This document shows, piece by piece, positions 13,542 to 20,000 of a stretch of 20,000 bases of DNA. The notes beneath the pieces were generated by a model that saw nothing but the letters and a program-made list of their open reading frames with translations, was not told where the DNA came from and searched no databases. How positions within the stretch are numbered: the first letter of the stretch is position 1; the number at the start of each line of letters is the position of its first letter. A program made the translations under genes and the position numbers. Origin of the DNA: an uncultured virus (IMG/VR IMGVR_UViG_3300032677_000021) (lineage: Duplodnaviria > Heunggongvirae > Uroviricota > Caudoviricetes); IMG/VR virus record IMGVR_UViG_3300032677_000021; one strand, 5' to 3'.

Positions 13542-15845
13542 TTAAAATATGTCCTCTGTAAATGAATCTAATGAATCAACAAACTTCTGCGCCTTCTCGG
13601 TAAACTTCACGCCGATGTATACGCGCACCCGCTCGTTGCCCTCGCGTAACTGCGTTGAGCTGATGTGCTTGTCCTGCGTGGCCGCCAAGAACTTCCTCTT
13701 GAACGCCATGTCGGTGCCCACTGGGATGTTCTTATGCGCTGACCATCTCTTGTAGCAGGCAAACAGTGCGTCCTTGGTCACATGCCCCTCAACATCATAT
13801 ACCAGCACGTCCGAGATGAACGAGCTCATCGGGTTACCTAACTCCTCCATCGTCTCCAGTAGCTCGATGCCTGACTTAGGTTGCACAAACCGCTCACTAG
13901 GGCGAGATAGTCTGCGCTTGTGGCCTTCTAGGCACCAGTTAAAGATACCTGATAGCTCAGCGATCAGTTTGTCCGATAGCGTGACATCCTCCTTGCCGAA
14001 GAACGAGTTGGTCATCGATAGCACCAGCATGCGCCCTGTCAACGCGTTAGAGCTTTCTGAGAGCTGGAGCGCCTCGTTCGAGTAGATGATGATGCGTGTT
14101 GGCAGGTAGCCGTTCCATGCCTCCTTATTCTTACGGTTTACTGTGATGGTGTCACCGCCCACGATGCGCAGTAACTGCGACACGATGCCCGCCGTGTTGC
14201 GTCCTGTCAAGCGTGCGTCTGTGAACGATGCCAAGAGCTTGTTAAGCCATGGTTGCAAACCAAAACTGTCAACGAGCTCGTCCATCTGCGGAGCCACGGT
14301 GTTGTGCTGGCCAAGCAGGGCAACGAGGATCTTGTTGATCGTGCCCTTACCTGAGCGCCTCGGTCCGACTAGGTTAAGCATCTTCTGTTGCTTAGTGTCA
14401 CCACTGAGCACGTAGGCCATGTACTCCTGCAGTAACTGCTTGCTCTCCTCATCGTTCGGCCAGATGTCGTCCAAGAATTTCAACCAGTTAGGACACTGCG
14501 CGGCTGGGTCATAGGCAAACGGTAGGCTGTTTGTCGTGAAGAAACCGAGCGAGTGGGGTATCAGTATGTTCTGCTCGAAGTGGAAGATACCGTTCTCCAA
14601 GCTGATTAACTTACTGGCATCGGGCTTGTTGTAAGCGTAACCACTGAGCCATACTGGCGGCCTTGTGTTGGGCTTGTTCTCTAAGTGCACCAAGGCCTTG
14701 ATCGAGTCCAGTATGGCTGACACGTTGGCTGGGTTAGGGTTGAACGGTGCCATGTTACCCTTGACCTGCTTGACGCACTTGTCCAAGAACTTATACAGCT
14801 CCGAGCGGATGGTCTGCTCCTCGATCAGGTCATAGTGTGTCTGCAGGTAGATGTACCAGTCCTGAGCATAGTGTGCCAGTGTGACACCCTCCTCGCATGA
14901 GTACTGCGCCTCCAAGAACCGCTTCGCGTTGGTGATGGGGTTGTTCGCGTCCAGCACCACCATGCCTGAGTCCAGTGCGTCCTGTAGTGTCTTCTGCCCT
15001 GCCTTGTAGATCAGCGAGCGCAGTGTGAGCCCGCCCTTCTTACCAAAGCCTAGCCACTTCTTGTCGCACGCGTTGGGCTGGTACTCGTCGCCTGACTGGC
15101 TCCATCTGTCCCACAGCTCGAGCGCCTCGAAGTCACCCTCAAACTGGTGGTGCAGGATCTGCCCCACCTGTAGCCAGTCATCGTAGCCGTTCGAGTCTAG
15201 CTTAGACAGAAGCTCGGTCTCAACCCGTGCGATGTCCCAGCCCTCTAGTGGCGCTGAGTAGTCTGCGAACGCGTCGCCTGACTGCCGTATGGTGCGCTCG
15301 GGTATGTGCGCTGACAGGTCTTGGAAGGTGCTCGGTATCTCACCGCCCAGCTTGTGGCCAGTCACCGTGAAGTACCGCGCGTCCTTGTATATCTCCAGTC
15401 CCTTGGCGTGGTCAACGTGTCCCGCCTGCAGGTCTGCGTACGTAAAAATCTTCACCCCCGTACCACTGGGGCTGACCTCCATGTAACCCTGCACCGAGTC
15501 TGCAATATGTTGCAGTGCAGCATTTGTGAAACCGTTGGTGTGGCTATCATAGCAGTCGTCCAAGTCAATGCCTACCAAGTTGTCGGTTCCATCAAATACG
15601 AAACCCACCCCGTCAAAACTGCCTCTCTCGTAGGCCTCCACCACGGTGAAGAAGTCACTCCAAGTGGCCGGTGTTGTGGTGCTGGCCGACTTGCCATTGG
15701 GCTGTACTGGGAGCTTGCTCCACTTCTGCTTGGGTGCCTCACCAATGAGGACATAGCGCCACAGCACCCAGCGTGGGGTTTTTTTGAGCTGGTTTGGTAT
15801 TGCGTCAAATAAGACGGGTAGTGCTGGTGGTTTTTCAATTGTCAT
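13542..15845 (-). CDS. Primase-helicase: AEP/PrimPol domain + PriCT-2 + D5-like SF3 helicase
   Basis: GVGFVF..GIDLDDC..EVSPSGTG..EIY..RYFTVTG; YDDWLQVGQILH..WDRWSQ..CDKKW; YDPAAQCPNWLKFL; Walker A GPRRSGKGT; GGDTITVNRKNK. Confidence 0.92.
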   Translation of the reverse strand: MTIEKPPALPVLFDAIPNQLKKTPRWVLWRYVLIGEAPKQKWSKLPVQPNGKSASTTTPATWSDFFTVVEAYERGSFDGVGFVFDGTDNLVGIDLDDCYDSHTNGFTNAALQHIADSVQGYMEVSPSGTGVKIFTYADLQAGHVDHAKGLEIYKDARYFTVTGHKLGGEIPSTFQDLSAHIPERTIRQSGDAFADYSAPLEGWDIARVETELLSKLDSNGYDDWLQVGQILHHQFEGDFEALELWDRWSQSGDEYQPNACDKKWLGFGKKGGLTLRSLIYKAGQKTLQDALDSGMVVLDANNPITNAKRFLEAQYSCEEGVTLAHYAQDWYIYLQTHYDLIEEQTIRSELYKFLDKCVKQVKGNMAPFNPNPANVSAILDSIKALVHLENKPNTRPPVWLSGYAYNKPDASKLISLENGIFHFEQNILIPHSLGFFTTNSLPFAYDPAAQCPNWLKFLDDIWPNDEESKQLLQEYMAYVLSGDTKQQKMLNLVGPRRSGKGTINKILVALLGQHNTVAPQMDELVDSFGLQPWLNKLLASFTDARLTGRNTAGIVSQLLRIVGGDTITVNRKNKEAWNGYLPTRIIIYSNEALQLSESSNALTGRMLVLSMTNSFFGKEDVTLSDKLIAELSGIFNWCLEGHKRRLSRPSERFVQPKSGIELLETMEELGNPMSSFISDVLVYDVEGHVTKDALFACYKRWSAHKNIPVGTDMAFKRKFLAATQDKHISSTQLREGNERVRVYIGVKFTEKAQKFVDSLDSFTEDIF

Positions 15846-15872
15846 CTGATTTGCTCTCTTTGCTTAAACCTA

Positions 15873-15902
15873 ATTATACAAACAACAGATATAGCTTTTC
15901 TA
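15873..15902 (-). promoter_or_regulatory. Possible sigma70-type promoter for the primase operon
   Basis: TATAAT at 15878..15873, TAGAAA 18 nt upstream; 27 nt before the ATG. Confidence 0.4.
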
Positions 15903-15950
15903 TATAACTAAAAGTTTGGTTATTGTTGTCCTATATTCCAAAACTGCGAT

Positions 15951-16076
15951 TTTTGTCACAGGTTGCACAGGTTGCACAACTATTTCTTACTTTTTTACTT
16001 TTAAAAAAAGAAATAATAATCATAGGCCAGCATAAAGTGGAAAATACCCGTGCAACCTGTGCAACCTGTGACAAAA
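15951..16076. repeat. Perfect 27-bp inverted repeat around a 72-bp AT-rich spacer; candidate replication origin
   Basis: TTTTGTCACAGGTTGCACAGGTTGCAC (15951..15977) and its reverse complement (16050..16076); each arm has tandem CACAGGTTG. Confidence 0.85.
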
Positions 16077-16078
16077 TG

Positions 16079-16282
16079 TCAAAACAATGGGGAAAGCAGT
16101 ATGTAAAAATAGGCAACTACTGCAGTGGTAGCTAACAATACCGCTAGAATCGATTTAAACGCACTTTGGGACTCGTTCTCGTATGTGGTAATGGGGTAGT
16201 AGCTTCCCACTTCATCGAGGCTCCTAGGTGCCTTTAAATTCCTCCAAATGCCTTTTGTGGCAAAGTGTTCGTATGAGTTCAT
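16079..16282 (-). CDS. Small protein with C-terminal transmembrane helix
   Basis: ILAVLLATTAVVAYFYILLSPLF tail; ATGA overlap. Confidence 0.7.
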   Translation of the reverse strand: MNSYEHFATKGIWRNLKAPRSLDEVGSYYPITTYENESQSAFKSILAVLLATTAVVAYFYILLSPLF

Positions 16283-16629
16283 TCTTTCTTTCCTTTTAGG
16301 TCTGATACCATGTCTTTTACCTTGGGTTCGTGCTCGTCCCAGCTATCTGCCACGCCATAATCACCGCGGCTCATTCTCATGCGCTCCTGATCCCTAAACC
16401 TAGGCTCAACCGCCCACCATGCCAAACTGGCCTCTAAGTACTCCAGCCATGGTAAGTTGGGGATAAACAGGGGTGCCAAACTACCAGCCTCATGCACGCT
16501 GTCTGTGTACTCTCGGTGCGGTATGTAAGGTAGCTTAGCGTTCTTACTGGTGCGTACCAGCTTTACCGTGTCCCGTGCCTTGATGTACCTGTCGTACGCA
16601 CGTTGCTGTTCGGGGGTTAGTTCAAGCAT
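16279..16629 (-). CDS. Hypothetical protein
   Basis: Track ORF; ATG at 16629 preferred over TTG at 16635. Confidence 0.75.
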   Translation of the reverse strand: MLELTPEQQRAYDRYIKARDTVKLVRTSKNAKLPYIPHREYTDSVHEAGSLAPLFIPNLPWLEYLEASLAWWAVEPRFRDQERMRMSRGDYGVADSWDEHEPKVKDMVSDLKGKKE

Positions 16630-16631
16630 TT

Positions 16632-17204
16632 TCAATCGTCTCCATCTGTTTCAAGGTGTTCACTGTTAAGGTAATCTAGGGATTTGGGTTCACGTTGTAA
16701 GTAACCCCTAAGCTGGTGGACACGTATCTCAGGGATATTGAGACGGTGTGCCAGCTCGCTGACGTTAGGCTGTCGCCCAACCTCCTGCATGAGTATGCGT
16801 TCGTGGTACTTCAACTTACGAATCTCCTCGCTGACATTGACTGGCAGTCGGATGATGTTGGCCGTGTTCTCCACGCACCGCATCACCGAGCGCTCAATGA
16901 ATGGTTTGGCAAAGCCAATGAATCGGATGCCCTCTTGAGGCTCCCAACGGTTGGCCGCCGTGATCATGCCCTCATAGCCTGCGCTCACTAGGTCTTCAAT
17001 GTCCACGCGGCCATAAGTCCACGTTGGTAGTTTTTTGACCAGTGACACAACATAGCGCAGGTTGTGCGTGATGATTTTGTCGAGCGCGTTCATGTCGCCC
17101 TTCTTGATCTTTGGTGCTAGGGCATGTTCCTCGGCAATACTCAATGGCTCAATGTCATATAAGTTTGCCAAAAACATGGACAAGGAGTTTCGTTCGTTGT
17201 TCAA
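16632..17204 (-). CDS. Sigma70-family (RpoD/RpoS-like) sigma factor with regions 1.2, 2 and 3 but no region 4
   Basis: LSMFLANL..PLSIAEEHALA (1.2), NLRYVVSLVKK..EDLVSAGYEGMITAANRWEP..RF (2), IRLPV..GRQPNVSELA..SLD (3), then stop; TTG start behind GGAGG. Confidence 0.88.
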   Translation of the reverse strand: MNNERNSLSMFLANLYDIEPLSIAEEHALAPKIKKGDMNALDKIITHNLRYVVSLVKKLPTWTYGRVDIEDLVSAGYEGMITAANRWEPQEGIRFIGFAKPFIERSVMRCVENTANIIRLPVNVSEEIRKLKYHERILMQEVGRQPNVSELAHRLNIPEIRVHQLRGYLQREPKSLDYLNSEHLETDGDD

Positions 17205-17386
17205 AGTAAGGCACCTCCGAGCAATTCTAACGCGCCGTTAAAGTGCTGAGATGCCGTTGGTTGTTTTGGTTTGGGTAGTGTGGTCAAGGTGCACCCGCTT
17301 TGCAGGTATGGCTCGCACTCGATGCGGCTGGCCATCTTGCGGATGCACTCGCCAAACTCATTCCATATAAGGTATCTAAGATACAT
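17201..17386 (-). CDS. Hypothetical protein
   Basis: ORF track; overlaps both neighbours by a few nt. Confidence 0.65.
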   Translation of the reverse strand: MYLRYLIWNEFGECIRKMASRIECEPYLQSGCTLTTLPKPKQPTASQHFNGALELLGGALL

Positions 17387-17495
17387 ATAGCTGTCCTGTG
17401 GTTGCTAGGTAGATGAGCGCTAACCACGCACCTATGCCAGCGTACAGGATCAGCCCAAGTACAGAGTCTACCACGGTTGGATTATTCTTGCTCAT
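17376..17495 (-). CDS. Membrane micro-protein (39 aa)
   Basis: 3' part of track ORF 17376..17612; ATG 17495 behind GGAG. Confidence 0.6.
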   Translation of the reverse strand: MSKNNPTVVDSVLGLILYAGIGAWLALIYLATTGQLYVS

Positions 17496-17628
17496 TTTGT
17501 AGCTCCCACAGGTATATGCCAAGTTGTAATTCCTCAACCTGCTCATCAAAATCTCGCGGGTCGTCAACGTACTCCAACACTGGCTCATAGCTCCAGTCGT
17601 CCTCGATGTCATTCTGTAAAGTGGCCAT
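17482..17628 (-). CDS. Very acidic micro-protein (48 aa)
   Basis: MATLQNDIEDDWSYEPVLEYVDDPRDFDEQVEELQLGIYLWELQNEQE; AAGGA SD; not in track. Confidence 0.65.
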   Translation of the reverse strand: MATLQNDIEDDWSYEPVLEYVDDPRDFDEQVEELQLGIYLWELQNEQE

Positions 17629-17896
17629 ATTTTCCTTCCGCCTTGTTTCGTTGGTATTTGTTAAATGCCGCAGAGATAACCGCGGCGCCGTTGTAGCTAT
17701 CGCTTGTACTCATTACCTTGTTGTAGATGTAGCTGTTAGGCATTGGCTTGATGTTTGGCAAGACCATGCCGCTGTTCACGTACACCGCAAACTCAGTGCA
17801 GGCCAGCCGCATGGTCTTGCAGTCATTAAAAGACTTGCAGTTGTCGCACGGTGATGGCTCTTCAAATATCTCTCTAAGCAGTTGTAGGTTCAACAT
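17609..17896 (-). CDS. Four-cysteine hypothetical protein
   Basis: Start moved to ATG 17896 behind AGGA; PCDNC..DC..LAC..F..YV. Confidence 0.7.
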   Translation of the reverse strand: MLNLQLLREIFEEPSPCDNCKSFNDCKTMRLACTEFAVYVNSGMVLPNIKPMPNSYIYNKVMSTSDSYNGAAVISAAFNKYQRNKAEGKYGHFTE

Positions 17897-18068
17897 ATAA
17901 ACTTTCCTGTGGTAGTTGGGCACGCATTCTACGCTCGCACCCCGTGCGGTAACCGTAGTTAAACTGGACACGCAGGTCAAAGTCTTCGTACGGGTTGTCA
18001 AACACCTCATCAATCATACCTGAGTGGTAGCCCTCAGCGTATGCCATCTTGTCTGCGAATCTGCTCAT
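17874..18068 (-). CDS. Hypothetical protein
   Basis: Start moved to ATG 18068 behind GGAGG (ATGA overlap); AY.EGY..G..NPY..GY..G pattern. Confidence 0.7.
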   Translation of the reverse strand: MSRFADKMAYAEGYHSGMIDEVFDNPYEDFDLRVQFNYGYRTGCERRMRAQLPQESLYVEPTTA

Positions 18069-18259
18069 GATATAAATGCCTCCCTTTTGAGTTGTCTTTC
18101 TAGTTTGTCCTGCAAATACATTACCACGTCCCACTCACCGTCATCTCGGCCACGGGAGCGCTCCATGTTGGTTAGTTTGTCTGCGTACCAGTACAGCGCA
18201 CGCTTGATGGCTAAGAACTCCTCAGCGTCTAGGTTTAGTTCGAATCGGTTGGTGTTCAT
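18065..18259 (-). CDS. Hypothetical protein
   Basis: ORF track; AAGGAG SD, ATGA overlap. Confidence 0.75.
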   Translation of the reverse strand: MNTNRFELNLDAEEFLAIKRALYWYADKLTNMERSRGRDDGEWDVVMYLQDKLERQLKREAFIS

Positions 18260-18492
18260 CTTGTTAGCTCCTTGATAAATTGTTCTGCGTCCTGCCTTGT
18301 TTTGAATATGGGGCTGACGCCTAACTTCCAGCCCTGATTGTCTTCCATCACTTGGAAGGTGTAAAGGTATTTCTTTGCGCGAGCCTCGAAGTCATACTTA
18401 AGGTACATTGCGTCCTCTCTGATGAAGTAGGTTGGATTTTTGGCGCGTGGTTGGTTCCAAATTGCCGCGCATTGTTCGTTGTATGTGCTCAT
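18256..18492 (-). CDS. Hypothetical protein
   Basis: Start moved to ATG 18492 behind GGAG. Confidence 0.7.
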   Translation of the reverse strand: MSTYNEQCAAIWNQPRAKNPTYFIREDAMYLKYDFEARAKKYLYTFQVMEDNQGWKLGVSPIFKTRQDAEQFIKELTR

Positions 18493-18493
18493 A

Positions 18494-18889
18494 TTATTTC
18501 TCCAATTTGTAAGGTTTATCCCAGCTACCAATGTCTAGGTGGAAGTAGTACGCGGTATCAAAGTAATCAACCATCGCGTCTGACTTGTCATAATAGTCTG
18601 CGCTCTTGAGCGCGTCAAGCACTTCACCAATCACGCGCTGTGGGCGGTGTGTGAAGTGCTCTTGGTACCAGTACGGGTTGACCTGAATATGGTTGCGTAC
18701 GTGCAGGTCAAAGTCTTTGCCAGTGGTCTGTTTGAAGTTCTCAATAAAGTCCACTGCGCCACTGCGTAGGGTGCAGGTGATGCTCATATTGTCACGCACC
18801 CGCAGGCTGTACTTGATGCCCAGTGGTTTGAGCACCTTGTCTAGGTTTGCTTTGATGATTTTCTTTTTGTCTTGGTTCATGAATGCCAT
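18494..18889 (-). CDS. Conserved hypothetical phage protein
   Basis: MAFMNQDKK..KYSLRVR..VNPYWY..SDAMVDYFDTAYY..IGSWDKPY; AGGAG SD after a CA-rich tract. Confidence 0.8.
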   Translation of the reverse strand: MAFMNQDKKKIIKANLDKVLKPLGIKYSLRVRDNMSITCTLRSGAVDFIENFKQTTGKDFDLHVRNHIQVNPYWYQEHFTHRPQRVIGEVLDALKSADYYDKSDAMVDYFDTAYYFHLDIGSWDKPYKLEK

Positions 18890-18921
18890 GGTGGTGTAGC
18901 TCCTGTGTGTTGTGTTGTACT

Positions 18922-18946
18922 ACTATGGTCAAAGCGGTGTGTCTAG
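18922..18946 (-). promoter_or_regulatory. 25-bp upstream repeat, copy 1 (CTAGACACACCGCTTTGACCATAGT)
   Basis: 23/25 identical to 19440..19464; both lie about 32-36 nt upstream of a start codon. Confidence 0.6.
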
Positions 18947-19095
18947 CCCAGCTCCTCTGTGTAGATGTCATCGGTGGGGATCTTGGCCACTGGCTCAGGG
19001 TTCTCAATGATCACCTTGAGCTCAGCGCTCGCCCAGTCCTCTGCCTCGACCTCATATATGTATGACACTGCTCTGAATACTTGGAATCGTTTCAT
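18943..19095 (-). CDS. Acidic micro-protein (50 aa)
   Basis: MKRFQVFRAVSYIYEVEAEDWASAELKVIIENPEPVAKIPTDDIYTEELG; GGAGG SD; not in track. Confidence 0.7.
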   Translation of the reverse strand: MKRFQVFRAVSYIYEVEAEDWASAELKVIIENPEPVAKIPTDDIYTEELG

Positions 19096-19097
19096 GG

Positions 19098-19403
19098 TTA
19101 ACCTCCGATGTGAATGAATTGAAAATGCTCTTTCTTAAACTGCTGGATCTCTTTGATGGCCTGCTTACGGATCGCGTTGAGCTCGTCCGCTATGTCAGAG
19201 CCGCCAATCTCTTTGATCCAGCCTGAGCCATACCAGCACTCATGGTTTGGGTGGTAGTTCAGCTCAATCCAGTTTTCACCCCAGCGGATGTCAAATGATT
19301 TGCCGCCCTGCTTGAGGTACTCAGCAATGGTGCGCATGATGACTGCCTTGGATGGCTTGCGGTTGTTGTAGTTAATCTCGATGACTGGGAATAATGTGCT
19401 CAT
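19098..19403 (-). CDS. Hypothetical protein
   Basis: Start moved to ATG 19403 behind AAGGAG. Confidence 0.75.
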   Translation of the reverse strand: MSTLFPVIEINYNNRKPSKAVIMRTIAEYLKQGGKSFDIRWGENWIELNYHPNHECWYGSGWIKEIGGSDIADELNAIRKQAIKEIQQFKKEHFQFIHIGG

Positions 19404-19439
19404 AATTGCTCCTTGGTGGTTGATGTCGTATTGCATAAC

Positions 19440-19464
19440 ACTATGGTCAAAGCGGGGTATCTAG
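19440..19464 (-). promoter_or_regulatory. 25-bp upstream repeat, copy 2 (CTAGATACCCCGCTTTGACCATAGT)
   Basis: See copy 1. Confidence 0.6.
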
Positions 19465-19506
19465 GATTTAAAGGGCGCTTTTTTAATGGTTTTTGTATGA
19501 TTAGTA

Positions 19507-19587
19507 TTAGATAGGGACAGCGTGTCGACAACGTTGTCTTTGCCAGTATCAAGGACTAACCTATCTAACATCAAATTATTATACTGG
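19507..19587 (+). promoter_or_regulatory. Structured leader of the HNH gene
   Basis: TTAGATAGG(19507)/CCTATCTAA(19560) 9-bp closing stem; GACAGCGT/ACGTTGTC hairpin; CCAGTAT (19543) complementary to ATACTGG (19581) next to the start codon. Confidence 0.6.
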
Positions 19588-19596
19588 AATATCAAA

Positions 19597-20000
19597 ATGA
19601 ACTACTCCAAACAATACAAGGCTTTAATAGCCAAAGCACAATCTCGCTTAGTGCCTGAATGTTATACAGAAATCCATCATATATTGCCGCGGTGTTTAGG
19701 AGGAAGTGACTTAGATGATAACCTTGTCACGCTAACTGCAAGAGAGCATTGTTTAGCCCATTTGCTGTTAGCTAAAATACACAATCATACTGGCTTATGG
19801 GCTGCTGTAAACATGATGACCAAAAACCACAGCATGACATCAAGGGCATATGCCATAGCTCGGGCAAAACACGCAAACAGTATAACTGGCACAAGTAATC
19901 CATTCTATGGCAAAAAGCATACCGCACAAGCAATGGCAAATATAAGGAATAGCAGACTTGGCGCGCATCATACTAAGCAGGCCAAAGCTAGAATATCACA
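19597..20000 (+). CDS. HNH endonuclease with NUMOD3-like motifs (T4 Mob-like), truncated by window end
   Basis: Manual translation: MNYSKQYKALIAKAQSR..YTEIHHILPRCLGGSD..NLVTLTAREHCLAHLLLAKIH..NPFYGKKHT..GAHHTKQAKARIS. Confidence 0.88.
   Translation, partial: MNYSKQYKALIAKAQSRLVPECYTEIHHILPRCLGGSDLDDNLVTLTAREHCLAHLLLAKIHNHTGLWAAVNMMTKNHSMTSRAYAIARAKHANSITGTSNPFYGKKHTAQAMANIRNSRLGAHHTKQAKARIS

Noticed and set aside
15923..16135. ORFs 15923..16135 (+) and 15931..16116 (-)
   Set aside because: Their mirrored QVAQVA/CATCATC peptides are just translations of the inverted repeat.
16279..16635. Frameshifted region 4 of the sigma factor in the next ORF
   Set aside because: The downstream protein shows no convincing region-4 HTH pattern and has its own start and SD.
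797..19065. Plus-strand ORFs in the track (e.g. 2473..3099, 12993..13466, 15321..15812)
   Set aside because: All are antisense shadows of well-supported minus-strand genes with no recognisable motifs.

Overview
A 20 kb segment of a tailed dsDNA phage (Caudoviricetes-like) genome; no structural, lysis, integrase, tRNA or CRISPR features are visible. Almost all genes are on the minus strand and are tightly coupled by ATGA/TAATG overlaps. Reading right to left: small early-type genes, a sigma70-family protein that stops after region 3, a 27-bp perfect inverted repeat (candidate origin), a PrimPol/PriCT-2/SF3 primase-helicase, a run of tiny ORFs built from shared DNA modules, VRR-NUC nuclease, SNF2-like helicase, a small orphan sigma-region-4-like protein, DUF3310, a terminase-small-subunit-like protein, endonuclease VII, DUF2800 nuclease, DUF2815 SSB, a GIY-YIG endonuclease and the 5' part of a class II (B12) ribonucleotide reductase. 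A divergent HNH-NUMOD3 endonuclease starts at the right edge. Most notable: (1) a possible split sigma factor (sigma2-3 gene plus a separate sigma4-like gene) together with an exact 11-bp promoter-like motif TGCGTATTAGT found four times at gene boundaries; (2) an array of micro-genes assembled from recurring DNA cassettes; (3) similar pseudoknot-like leaders covering the ribosome-binding region of two endonuclease genes; (4) two origin-like repeat structures. All family names come from motif recognition by eye, not database searches.
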